From positions 32,808 to 96,807 of the forward strand of contig JAYGCM010000009.1 of assembly GCA_046583355.1 (NCBI GenBank): a stretch of DNA of 64,000 nt, given 5' to 3'. The stretch comes from Deltaproteobacteria bacterium (GTDB lineage Bacteria > Desulfobacterota > Binatia > UBA12015). The notes under the pieces are model-generated. The model saw only the letters and a program-made list of their open reading frames with translations. It did not search any database and was not told where the DNA came from. Of the stretch, positions 25,396-34,504 are shown one piece after another; position 1 is the first letter of the stretch; every line of letters begins with the position of its first letter. Made by a program: the position numbers and the translations under genes.

Positions 25396-26514
25396 GTGCA
25401 TACAAACCTTTGCGATCAGCTGGGAATCGACCTTCCCATTTTTGCGTTTACACATTGTCGCGACGTGGTTGTCGCCGTCAGCAAGGCGGGCGGCATCGGT
25501 GTGCTCGGCGCCGTCGGCTTCACTCCCGAACAGCTCAAAGTCGAATGCGATTGGATCGACGAGCATATCGGCGACCGCCCCTACGGCATCGATATTGTCA
25601 TTCCGGGAAAATACGAGGGCATGGACGAACTCGACCCGGAAAAACTCGAGGAGCATCTGCGCTCGATGATTCCCGAGCAGCACCGCGCCTTCGCGAAGAA
25701 AGTCTATGCCGACCAGGGCATCCCCGAGATGCCCCCGGAAGAAAAGCACCATGAACTCCTCGGCTGGACGGCCGCGACGGCCTCACCGCAGGTCGACGAG
25801 GCTCTGCGCCACCCCAAGGTGAAACTCATCGCCAATGCGCTCGGCACGCCACCGGCCAATGTCATCGAGCAGGTCCATGCGGCCGGACGCCTGATCGCCG
25901 CACTCTGCGGCAGCCCGGGCCAAGCCCTCAAGCACAAAGACGCCGGACTCGATATCATCATTGCCCAGGGCACCGAGGGCGGCGGACATACCGGCGAGGT
26001 CGGTAGCCTGGTGCTCTGGCCGCAGGTGATAGACGCCGTGGCGCCGACACCCATGCTCGCCGCCGGCGGCATCGGCACGGGCCGGCAGATTGCGGCCGCG
26101 ATGGCGCTTGGCGCTGCCGGTGTCTGGACGGGCTCGCTTTGGCTCGCAGTCGAAGAGGCCGAGGCCTCCGACGCGCAGAAGCAGAGCTATTTCGATGCCA
26201 CCAGCCGCGATACCGTGCGCTCGCGCTCGTTTACCGGCAAGCCGTGCCGCATGTTGAAAAATGAGTGGACCGAAGCCTGGGAGAACCCCGAGAACCCGGA
26301 CCCTCTCGGCATGCCGCTGCAAGGCATGGTCACGATGGACGCCGTGCAGCGCTCGCATCGCTACGCCGACGTCGCACAGAAGGTCGCCTTCAACCCCGTC
26401 GGCCAGGTCGTTGGCATCATCAACGAGAGCGAATCCGTGCGCCAGCTGATGCAGCGCCTCTCCGAGGAGTACCTGTCGGCCATCGACCGGCTGGAGTCCT
26501 TGCAACCGCAGTAG
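25396..26514 (+). CDS. Nitronate monooxygenase / NAD(P)H-dependent flavin oxidoreductase family
   Basis: [31 protein letters not shown]...[18 protein letters not shown] 25396 follows AGGAGA. Confidence 0.85.
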   Translation: MHTNLCDQLGIDLPIFAFTHCRDVVVAVSKAGGIGVLGAVGFTPEQLKVECDWIDEHIGDRPYGIDIVIPGKYEGMDELDPEKLEEHLRSMIPEQHRAFAKKVYADQGIPEMPPEEKHHELLGWTAATASPQVDEALRHPKVKLIANALGTPPANVIEQVHAAGRLIAALCGSPGQALKHKDAGLDIIIAQGTEGGGHTGEVGSLVLWPQVIDAVAPTPMLAAGGIGTGRQIAAAMALGAAGVWTGSLWLAVEEAEASDAQKQSYFDATSRDTVRSRSFTGKPCRMLKNEWTEAWENPENPDPLGMPLQGMVTMDAVQRSHRYADVAQKVAFNPVGQVVGIINESESVRQLMQRLSEEYLSAIDRLESLQPQ

Positions 26515-26534
26515 CCTTCCCGCAGCATCGGCAT

Positions 26535-27230
26535 ATGAACGATCCGCTCTCTCGCCTGCTCGGCGCCCTCAACTCGACGGCGTCGGGCGGCCAGATCCCC
26601 GCCGCCGCCGACGCACTTGCCGGCCGCGAAGAGTCGGTGCCGGTGCCGGCGCAGCATTTCGTACTCGGCACCCCGCTGGCGCCGCCCTTCCGCGAAGGCC
26701 TCGAAGAGATCGTCGTCGGCATGGGCTGCTTCTGGGGCGCCGAGAAATGCTTCTGGACACAGCCGGGCGTCTTCACCACGGCCGTCGGCTACGCCGCAGG
26801 CCATACCAAGAACCCCAGTTACGAAGAGGTCTGCAGCGGGCGCACCGGCCACAACGAGGTGGTGCTCGTGGTGTATGACCCCGCCATCGTCGCAACCGAG
26901 GAACTCCTGCAGATCTTCTGGGAAGCACACGACCCCACCCAGGGAATGCGCCAGGGCAACGATATGGGCACGCAATACCGCTCGGGCATCTACACCACGA
27001 CGGCGGCGCAGGAAGAAGCCGCCATGGCCTCGAGCAAGCGCTACGAGGCGGCGCTGCAAGAATCCGGACGCGGCGCGATCACCACGGAAATCGTCGCCGC
27101 CGGCCCCTTCTACTACGCCGAAGAATACCACCAGCAATACCTGGCCAAGAACCCGCAAGGCTATTGCGGCCTCGGCGGCACGGGAGTGCGCTGCCCCTCC
27201 ACAGGCGGCGATGGCTCACAAACAGGCTAG
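26535..27230 (+). CDS. msrA: Peptide-methionine (S)-S-oxide reductase
   Basis: [13 protein letters not shown]...[26 protein letters not shown]...[13 protein letters not shown]...[11 protein letters not shown]. Confidence 0.95.
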   Translation: MNDPLSRLLGALNSTASGGQIPAAADALAGREESVPVPAQHFVLGTPLAPPFREGLEEIVVGMGCFWGAEKCFWTQPGVFTTAVGYAAGHTKNPSYEEVCSGRTGHNEVVLVVYDPAIVATEELLQIFWEAHDPTQGMRQGNDMGTQYRSGIYTTTAAQEEAAMASSKRYEAALQESGRGAITTEIVAAGPFYYAEEYHQQYLAKNPQGYCGLGGTGVRCPSTGGDGSQTG

Positions 27231-27244
27231 AGGCCCGGCCCGTG

Positions 27245-27504
27245 GCATCCCATCCGGGGACTGTCTCCAGGTGGCTGCCGCGCACGAATCGATGCGCGCC
27301 GGCGCCCTCCTCGGTTTCATGAAGGTGGATGAAGGCCTTCACCATGGTCGTGGCATTGCCGTCGACATGGAATTGTTCGGTGTCGAACAGGGGTAGATCG
27401 TTGACGAAACTGCGGGTCAGCTTCACAAAGCCGAGCAACGGCGGGCAACCCAGGTAGGCGCCGACAAGCTCCAGCAGCGCCGGGGAAAACGCGCCGGCCG
27501 GCGC
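27245..27504 (-). pseudogene. Fragment of a PhyH-like (phytanoyl-CoA dioxygenase family) gene
   Basis: Only a central piece is readable (LLELVGAYLGCPPLLGFVKL...FHVDGNATTMVKAFIHLHETEEGAGAHRFVRGSHLE). It is bounded upstream by an in-frame TAG and runs downstream into the msrA 3' repeat and msrA antisense. Confidence 0.45.
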
Positions 27505-28143
27505 CTACGCGGTCGATGCGCGCGGTCGCTTGTCAAAACGGCCAAGAATCTGACTCGCGTGGCAGGAATCAAAGCATCTTGCTTTGGCCGAGCGTGGCCG
27601 CCCGGCAACGAATTCGAGGCGAGAATCCTGAAAACCGTCGAGTTCCAGCAGTATTTCGAGCACTTCGAGCACGCTCGCGCTGGCGCCCGCGCAGACGGGC
27701 CCAGGACGCAGGCGGTTGGCCGCAGAAGAATTCCTCCTCGCGCAGCGGCTCCAGACTCTCCGGGTAGCCCGTGGTGGTGCTGATCCAGACCACGCGAGCA
27801 ATGCCTTGGCGCCACGATTCAGCAAAAACTTCTTGTGTAATCGCTATATTACGGCGAATCCGGCCCAGCGGATCACGGGCCAGAACCGGCGCACTCGCCA
27901 CCTCACCGGCGGCGTGCACAACGACATCGACACCCTCCATGCAATCGGCCAGCGCCCCGGCACAGGTCAGATCGACATGGCGCACCTCGACATTGGCACC
28001 GCCCACGGTGACGTGCGACGCCGCGAGCCGGCGCGCACCTCAACTCCCGGCACAGCGACCAGGGGTCGGAGAAGGTGCGAGCCAATCAGTCCGGAGGCAC
28101 CCAGGAGCAGATAGCGGCCCGGCGTAACGGGCACTCGATCCAT
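27505..28143 (-). pseudogene. NAD-dependent epimerase/dehydratase gene disrupted by frameshifts
   Basis: ATG 28143 gives MDRVPVTPGRYLLLGASGLIGSHLLRPL... (GxxGxxG), then stops. The sequence continues in another frame (GGANVEVRHVDLT...VDVVVHAAG...VVWISTTTGYP), and a third frame carries VLEVLEILLELDGF..EFVAGRP. Confidence 0.5.
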
Positions 28144-28270
28144 ACCGATGCGATGGTCGACCGCGAATGGCTTTTCAATAGGCCCGCCGCGCCGATTGCG
28201 AAATTTCCCTATTTATTCACTCGCAAGCGCATGTTACCCCTTGAGGGGTTGAAGTCATTCAAGGAGAACC

Positions 28271-28927
28271 ATGCACAGACCCCGCGGTAGGCGTTTTCTT
28301 CCCGTTCGCCCCGAGGAATCCAATCGCATCAACCGCCAGATCCGTGTGCCTGAGGTTCGCCTCGTTGGTGCCGATGGCGAACAACTCGGGGTAGTCGATA
28401 CCCCAGAGGCGTTTCGCTTGGCGCAAGAGGCCGGACTCGACCTGGTTGAGGTAGCCGCTACCGCGCGCCCGCCAGTTTGTCGCATGATGGATTACGGCAA
28501 ATTCCGCTACGCCAAACAGAAAAAAGAAGCCGAAGCCAAGAAGAAGCAGCATACCACTCAGGTAAAAGAACTGCGGGTTCGGCCCGGCACGGACGCACAT
28601 GATCTGCTGCGCCAAACGCGCAAGGCACAAGAATTTCTCGAAGACGGCCAGCGCGTCAAATTCACGCTGCGCTTCCGTGGCCGCGAAATGGCCCACCAGA
28701 TCCTCGGCAAACAGAAACTCCTCAGTGTAGCCGCAGCCCTCACCGAGGTCGGCTTCGTCGAACTCGCGCCGCGCACCGAAGGCCGCATCATGCATCTCGT
28801 GATGGCGCCCGGACAGCGCAAGCAAAAGGGCGAGAAGGTTGCGAAGAAACCCGCCGCGCCGAGCAAGACCGCCGCGCCGAGCAAGACCGCCACGCCGAGC
28901 AAGACCACCACGGCACCGGCCAGCTGA
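28271..28927 (+). CDS. infC: Translation initiation factor IF-3 with C-terminal AAPSKT repeat extension
   Basis: NRINRQIRVPEVRLVGADGEQLGVV...AQEAGLDLVEV...PPVCRMMDYGKFRY...KELRVRPGTDAHD...RFRGREMAH. ATG has an AAGGAGA RBS. Confidence 0.9.
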   Translation: MHRPRGRRFLPVRPEESNRINRQIRVPEVRLVGADGEQLGVVDTPEAFRLAQEAGLDLVEVAATARPPVCRMMDYGKFRYAKQKKEAEAKKKQHTTQVKELRVRPGTDAHDLLRQTRKAQEFLEDGQRVKFTLRFRGREMAHQILGKQKLLSVAAALTEVGFVELAPRTEGRIMHLVMAPGQRKQKGEKVAKKPAAPSKTAAPSKTATPSKTTTAPAS

Positions 28928-29054
28928 GACTCCAGAGGCCCGGCCGAAAAGCGACGCGAATGCCGCCTGACTTTTCAGCCACGCCTCCAGGTCCAGCGGA
29001 ACTCGAGTTCTCCGGCGATGGACCTTTGCGCTGGCTTCGGCCAGACTCGCCGGC

Positions 29055-29774
29055 GTGATGGCTGAACCGCCTGCGATCCGCACCGACGCGCTAAGCAAGA
29101 ACTTCGGCAGCCGGCGCGTCCTGCACCGGCTTGAGCTCGAAGTCGCCAGCGGCGAATGCCTCGGCCTGCTGGGTGGCAATGGCGCGGGCAAGAGTACATT
29201 GCTGCGCCTGCTGGCCGGCAGCTCGCGCCCGGCAGCCGGCAGCGTTGCCCTTTTCGGCGTCGACGCACATGGCGACGACGCCCGAACCATCCGGCGCCGT
29301 CTCGGCTTTGTCGGCCATGAGGGCATGGTCTACCGCGACCTGAGCCCGCGCGAGAACCTCGAGGTCTTCGCCCGCCTCTACGGCTGCGATGAAATTGATG
29401 CTGACGCTCTGCTTGCGCGCGTCGGACTCGGCCGCGTCGGCAAGCGCGCCACCCGCACACTCTCGCGTGGCATGTTGCAGCGCCTGGCCCTGGCGCGCGC
29501 CACCTTGCACGAACCCGACCTTCTTTTGCTCGACGAGCCCTTCACCGGCCTCGACGAAAGCGGCACCGAGATGCTGCGCGAATTGCTGCGCGCCCATCAC
29601 GCGCGCGGCGGCACCATATTGCTGATCAGCCACGCACTGAGCGAAATCGCCGCGCTCTGCACGCGTGTCGTCGTATTGGCGCGCGGCCGTTTATGCGCCG
29701 AGATTCAGCCCGTCCCGGAAATGGCCGAATTGCGTACCCGCTACCGCAAAGCACTCGCGGAGGCGCAGACCTGA
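29055..29774 (+). CDS. ccmA: Heme exporter ABC ATP-binding protein CcmA
   Basis: Walker A GGNGAGKST, signature LSRGMLQRLALA and Walker B LLLLDEP. It is followed by ccmB/C/D. Confidence 0.8.
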   Translation: MMAEPPAIRTDALSKNFGSRRVLHRLELEVASGECLGLLGGNGAGKSTLLRLLAGSSRPAAGSVALFGVDAHGDDARTIRRRLGFVGHEGMVYRDLSPRENLEVFARLYGCDEIDADALLARVGLGRVGKRATRTLSRGMLQRLALARATLHEPDLLLLDEPFTGLDESGTEMLRELLRAHHARGGTILLISHALSEIAALCTRVVVLARGRLCAEIQPVPEMAELRTRYRKALAEAQT

Positions 29775-30433
29775 TGTGGCAAATTGCCCGCAAGGACCTG
29801 CTGATCGAATGGCGCACGGGGGAAATTCTCGCCTCGATGCTTCTTCTCTCGGTGCTGATCGTGCTCGTTTTTGCCTTCACGCTCGAACCTTCCCGACTGC
29901 ACGGACCGGCCATCCTCGGCGGCCTGCTCTGGGCGACGCTGCTTTTCTCGGGCACAGTGGCGCTCAACCGCTCGTTTCTCCTCGAGCGCGAGGGTGGTGC
30001 CTGGACGGCATTGGCGCTGGCGCCGCTCGACCGCGGCTCGATCTTTCTCGGCAAGATGCTCGCCAATCTGGTGCTCCTGCTGCTGGGTGCTGCGGTGCTC
30101 CTGCCGCTGATGATGCTGCTGCTCGGCACCAAAGATCTCGCACCCAATGCCTTGCTGCCCGCCTCCCTGGTTCTGGGCATGATCGGCTTTGCCGCCATCG
30201 GCACGCTCTTCGCGGCCATGGCAAGCCGCACGCGAGCGCGCGAAGTGCTCATGCCGCTGCTCACTTTCCCCCTGCTGGCGCCGCTGCTCATCGCCGCCGC
30301 CCGTACCACCACGGCCGGGCTCATTGGCGAGCCGCTTTCGGCCGTTCGGTCCTGGCTTCTGCTGCTCGTGGCCTTTGATCTTGTATTCACGGTAGCTGGC
30401 TGGTTGTTTTTCGATCATGTCCTTGAAGACTGA
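29774..30433 (+). CDS. ccmB: Heme exporter protein CcmB
   Basis: ATGA-type overlap with ccmA. MWQIARKDLLIEWRTGE and six TM segments. Confidence 0.8.
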   Translation: MWQIARKDLLIEWRTGEILASMLLLSVLIVLVFAFTLEPSRLHGPAILGGLLWATLLFSGTVALNRSFLLEREGGAWTALALAPLDRGSIFLGKMLANLVLLLLGAAVLLPLMMLLLGTKDLAPNALLPASLVLGMIGFAAIGTLFAAMASRTRAREVLMPLLTFPLLAPLLIAAARTTTAGLIGEPLSAVRSWLLLLVAFDLVFTVAGWLFFDHVLED

Positions 30434-31130
30434 ACCTGGCCGCGCGCACCCCTGGCGCGATACCGCCCTGCCGGCGCTGACCGGCATCTTCATGCTGGCG
30501 GCCATCATCCTCATCTTCTTCGTCGTGCCCAACGAGAAGGTCCAAGGCGTCGCGCAGCGAATCTTCTACTTCCACGTCCACCTGGCCTGGATGGCCTTCG
30601 GTGGTTTCGTATTTGTCGCGATTGCCAGCGTGCAATTTCTTCGCACCGGCAGCCAGCGGGCCAGCCAATTGGCCTTGGCCAATGCCGAGGTCGGCCTGCT
30701 CTTCACCACTTTGGTTCTGGTCACCGGCTCGATCTGGGCACGACCGATCTGGGGTGTGTGGTGGACCTGGGACCCGCGCCTCACGATGAGCATCGTTCTA
30801 TGGGCGATCTACGCCGCCTACCTGATGCTCCGACGCGTGGGCCACGGCGACGAGACCATCCAGCGCTACGCCGCCGTGCTCGGCATCGTCGGCACGCTCG
30901 ATATCCCGCTCCTGATCCTGGCCATCCGGCTCTGGCGTGGCATCCACCCGGCCGTGATGCTCTCGGACGACCCCGAGGCCGGCCTGCGCGACGTCACCAT
31001 GATCTGGGCGCTCGCGATCTCGGGCGTTGCTCTGGCCCTTCTCTTTACCTGGCTCGTCTCCTTGCGCGCTCGCTACGCCGCGATCGACGACAAGCTCGAA
31101 GCCCTGCACCTGGAGGATTCCTACACATGA
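30417..31130 (+). CDS. ccmC: Heme exporter protein CcmC
   Basis: Tryptophan-rich motif WARPIWGVWWTWDPRLT, plus FYFHV. Confidence 0.9.
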   Translation: MSLKTEPGRAHPWRDTALPALTGIFMLAAIILIFFVVPNEKVQGVAQRIFYFHVHLAWMAFGGFVFVAIASVQFLRTGSQRASQLALANAEVGLLFTTLVLVTGSIWARPIWGVWWTWDPRLTMSIVLWAIYAAYLMLRRVGHGDETIQRYAAVLGIVGTLDIPLLILAIRLWRGIHPAVMLSDDPEAGLRDVTMIWALAISGVALALLFTWLVSLRARYAAIDDKLEALHLEDSYT

Positions 31131-31252
31131 CCGGAATCGATTATCTCGGCGCGGCCTATACGGCCATCTGGGTCGGATTCTTCTTCTATCTCGTCTCGCT
31201 GGGCCGCAAGGCCAGCCGGCTCGAAGAAGAACTCGAAGACCTGAAGAAATAG
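31127..31252 (+). CDS. ccmD: Heme exporter protein CcmD (41 aa)
   Basis: ATGA overlap with ccmC. MTGIDYLGAAYTAIWVGFFFYLVSLGRKASRLEEELEDLKK has a single TM and a charged tail. It is hidden inside listed ORF 30758..31252. Confidence 0.65.
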   Translation: MTGIDYLGAAYTAIWVGFFFYLVSLGRKASRLEEELEDLKK

Positions 31253-31319
31253 CAGCGCCGCCGCCGCAGCGGCGAAATAGAGCTTTGCGCAAGCCGTCAC
31301 TTGGCATACGACTGGAGAC

Positions 31320-31427
31320 ATGGATCTTCGCGATGCGATGAACACGCTACGAGCTGTACGGCGCCTGAAGAAAGATCCGATCGACGACGCCGTGCTTGCG
31401 TCGCGACAGCGCCTTGGGGTCGAATGC
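31320..31427 (+). pseudogene. Possible N-terminal remnant of a nitroreductase-family gene
   Basis: MDLRDAMNTLRAVRRLKKDPIDDAVL resembles the canonical nitroreductase N-terminus. The frame then runs antisense into the BVMO gene with no further similarity. Confidence 0.3.
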
Positions 31428-33257
31428 TCAGCTGATCTCGAGGCCCGCGAGGCCACCGGCCTGGCGCCAATCTTCCAGGATCTGGAAGAATTTCACCGAG
31501 CCGCCGCCGTAGAAACCGTTCTGGCCGCTACGTTCTCCGGGGCGACCCTCATTGTTATAATAACCCGGTGTGCATTGTTCGAGGAACTCCTGGCCGTCAC
31601 GGGCCAGTGAAATGATCGTCTCGACCCACTCCGACTCGGCCTCCTCAGAGACCTCAAGACGGGTCACATCCTTTTCCTGCGCGTGACGCACGATCCAGGC
31701 GATATGGCTTGCCTGCTCGCTGAGGGCATGCGGGAAATTCACCGTGAAAGCCGACTGCGTGTTGCTGACAATGAAGCAATTCGGAAAGCCCCGGCTATGC
31801 ATGCCGTGCAAGGTACGAACGCCATCGGCCCATTTCTCCGAGAGGTTCACGCCCTCGCTGCCGAGGAGTTCGTAGCCGGAGCGGCGTACATACGAGGTTC
31901 CCACTTCGAAGCCGGTGGCGTAGATCAAACAATCGACTTCGTATTCCTTGCCGTCCACGACGACACCGGTCGCGGTAATCCGCTCGACGCCCTGGCCCTG
32001 CGTGTCGACCAGTTCGACGCCGGGCCGGTTGAAGGTGCCCAGGTAATCATCGGCGAAGCAGGGGCGCTTGCAGAATTGGCGGTACCAGGGCTTGAGCGCC
32101 TCGGCGGCGGCCGGATCGTTCACGGCGGCCTCGACGCGAGCGCGGATCTCGTTCATCTTCTCGAAATCGGCTAGCTCCATCGTTCGCTTGAGGTTGGCGG
32201 GAGAGAAATCGACATTCTCGTCGCTCTGCACCATGACGAGAAGCTTGCGGATGATATCGGTCCAGCCGTCGCTCACCAGATCCTCTTCCTGGTAGCCGCC
32301 AGAGACAAGGATATTGAAATTATCCATTCGTTTCTGGTGCCAGCCCGGCTCCAGACTCGCGGCCCATTCGGCATCCGTGGGCCGGTTGTTGCGGGCGTCA
32401 ACCGAGGAAGGCGTGCGCTGGAAGACATAGAGTTTCTCGGCGGCCGCGCCGAGATGCGGCACGCATTGGATGGCCGTCGCCCCGGTGCCGATGACCCCAA
32501 CGCGCTTGCCGGCCAGCTTCGTCAGACCGCCGGTCGAGTCGCCACCCGTATAATCATAATCCCAACGACTGGTGTGGAAGGTATGGCCCTTGAAGTCCGC
32601 GACACCGGGAATGCCCGGCAGCTTGGGGCGGTGCAAGGGGCCGTTGGCCATGGCGACGAAGCGTGCGCGGATCTTGTCCTGGCGGTTGGTCGAGATAATC
32701 CAACGCCGCGACTCCTCCTCCCAACGCATCTCCGTGACCTCGGTCTGGAAACAAGCATCGCGGTAGAGATCGAATTTCCGGGCAATCGTCTTGCAATGGT
32801 CGAGGATCTCGGGCGCGCCCACATATTTCTCGCTCGGCAACGCCCCGGTTTCCTCCAGAAGCGGCAGATAGACATAGGCCTCAACGTCGCAGCGCGCGCC
32901 GGGGTAGCGGTTCCAATACCAAGTCCCGCCGAAATCGCCGCCCTTCTCAATGATGCGTACGTCTTCGATACCGGCTTCGCGCAGGCGCGCACCGATCAGC
33001 AAGCCGCCGAGGCCGCCGCCGATAACGACCACTTCGACCTCATCTTCAAGAGGCTCACGGCTGAACTCCGGCGTAACGTAGGGGTCGTCAACGAAGCTCG
33101 CGAAATCTCCCGTGATCTCGATATATTGCTCGTTGCCCTCAGGCCGAACGCGGCGATCGCGCTCGATGCGGTATTTTTTCCGCAGAGCGTCGACGTCAAT
33201 TTTCGCCTTGGCGTCGATCGTTTCGTTTGCTGCTATATCAGTCTCTGCGCCTGCCAT
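31428..33257 (-). CDS. Type I Baeyer-Villiger monooxygenase (flavin/NADPH dependent)
   Basis: VVVIGGGLGGL...GGTWYWNRYPGARCD, BVMO fingerprint FKGHTFHTSRWD and second Rossmann VGVIGTGATAIQ. ATG 33257 has a GGGAGAG RBS; the upstream part of the listed 772-aa ORF was judged non-coding. Confidence 0.9.
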   Translation of the reverse strand: MAGAETDIAANETIDAKAKIDVDALRKKYRIERDRRVRPEGNEQYIEITGDFASFVDDPYVTPEFSREPLEDEVEVVVIGGGLGGLLIGARLREAGIEDVRIIEKGGDFGGTWYWNRYPGARCDVEAYVYLPLLEETGALPSEKYVGAPEILDHCKTIARKFDLYRDACFQTEVTEMRWEEESRRWIISTNRQDKIRARFVAMANGPLHRPKLPGIPGVADFKGHTFHTSRWDYDYTGGDSTGGLTKLAGKRVGVIGTGATAIQCVPHLGAAAEKLYVFQRTPSSVDARNNRPTDAEWAASLEPGWHQKRMDNFNILVSGGYQEEDLVSDGWTDIIRKLLVMVQSDENVDFSPANLKRTMELADFEKMNEIRARVEAAVNDPAAAEALKPWYRQFCKRPCFADDYLGTFNRPGVELVDTQGQGVERITATGVVVDGKEYEVDCLIYATGFEVGTSYVRRSGYELLGSEGVNLSEKWADGVRTLHGMHSRGFPNCFIVSNTQSAFTVNFPHALSEQASHIAWIVRHAQEKDVTRLEVSEEAESEWVETIISLARDGQEFLEQCTPGYYNNEGRPGERSGQNGFYGGGSVKFFQILEDWRQAGGLAGLEIS

Positions 33258-33451
33258 GATGATCTCTCCCTTGGTGCGTTCCCCTTGAGCATCGCAGAAG
33301 CCGCCGTGATTTTTCACCCCCCGATCGCATGATCGGTCAATCGCGGTGCTTGAGCGACCACCTGACCCTGCGCGCTGCTCGTCAGCCCGCGCAGCAACCG
33401 AAGGGCCCGGCCCGGCTTGCGGTGGAATCCGTGGTGCAGCAAGCTCCACGC

Positions 33452-34483
33452 ATGGCCAAGTTGATCTATTCCCGAGAAGAGCTCCTCGCCGAGCATGCCT
33501 ACGCGCGCCCGCATGAGGCCGCTGGCCGCAAATTGCATGGTGGTTTCTCGGCCGACGGAGCCTATATCTCGCCGCGGACCTTGCACCGCGAAGGTGCCAT
33601 CCAGGCATGGCGTGAGGCATTGCTGGCGCGCGGCGGCAGCCTGCTCTCCTGCGACCTCTCGCTCTTGCCGTCCCCGATCTACCCGAACGCGGCCCAGCAA
33701 TCGGTGCTCCTGGCGGCCGGCCTCGGCCAGAATCTGTGGAACTCACTCAGCATTACCGGGGCAATCGAGGGCAATGGCCGGCTGCTGATCGATCTTGTCT
33801 CGCCGCGCTTCGACAAGGTGATCCAGGAAGATATCACCGAGACCGCCATCGGCCACCTGCATAAGGGGCTTCTGGTCGCGCACGGCATGGACGAGGGCGG
33901 CGCCCCCGGAAGCGGCCTCGGCGCGCACGATGAGATGTGGTTTGCCCTGCGCGACCTCGCGCTCGGCCACGATACCTGGCCCATGCCCGAGGTTCCCGAC
34001 AGCATCTCGCGTCCCGAAGCCGGACGGCTCTTCCCGATGCTGCCCGAACCGATCGAGGGCATGCTCTCGCTGCTGATGAATGTCCTGCTCATCGAGGTCC
34101 GGGCGGAGAAGGTCTTCACTGCGTCGCAGGATCTCCTGAGCCGTCCCGAACTTTTCTCGCAGCCCGCAGAAAACGTCGCGCTTGCTCATACGCTGATCGA
34201 ACGAATCCGCATCGATGAGGCGGTCCACGTCGACTACCTCCAGCTGGTGCTCTCCGAGTTGCGTCATCTGACTTTCCTCACCGGCGAGGGCAAAGAGGTT
34301 GCCGGGGCCGCCATCATCGACCCGGCCTGGCAAACCGTTGTACAATGGCATGGGGTCGAGAACCCGCGCCTCGCACGCGAGCAGCAGGTTCCGCTGATGC
34401 GCGAGCATATCCTCACGCATGCCGAGGGCGAGGCCTTGCTCGCACGTTTCGAAGCGCAAAACGAGCCACTCGCCGCCGCCTGA
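33452..34483 (+). CDS. Hypothetical protein (343 aa), possible helical di-metal carboxylate protein
   Basis: Good coding appearance and no TM. Contains scattered E/D/H motifs (AIEGNG, HGMDEGG, HDEMW, EVRAEK, DEAVHVDYL). I recognise no family. Confidence 0.55.
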   Translation: MAKLIYSREELLAEHAYARPHEAAGRKLHGGFSADGAYISPRTLHREGAIQAWREALLARGGSLLSCDLSLLPSPIYPNAAQQSVLLAAGLGQNLWNSLSITGAIEGNGRLLIDLVSPRFDKVIQEDITETAIGHLHKGLLVAHGMDEGGAPGSGLGAHDEMWFALRDLALGHDTWPMPEVPDSISRPEAGRLFPMLPEPIEGMLSLLMNVLLIEVRAEKVFTASQDLLSRPELFSQPAENVALAHTLIERIRIDEAVHVDYLQLVLSELRHLTFLTGEGKEVAGAAIIDPAWQTVVQWHGVENPRLAREQQVPLMREHILTHAEGEALLARFEAQNEPLAAA

Positions 34484-34504
34484 GCGGATTTCCGCCGCAC
34501 CCTA

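Noticed and set aside
28259-29326. 355-aa minus-strand ORF
   Set aside because: It is antisense to infC and ccmA, both strongly supported, and has low-complexity R/A/S composition.
33258-33746. N-terminal 163-aa extension of the BVMO in the listed 772-aa ORF
   Set aside because: The extension is Arg/Ala/Gly/Pro-rich with no similarity to BVMO N-termini. A good RBS plus ATG at 33257 gives the family-typical start, and the region also overlaps the divergent gene 33452..34483.
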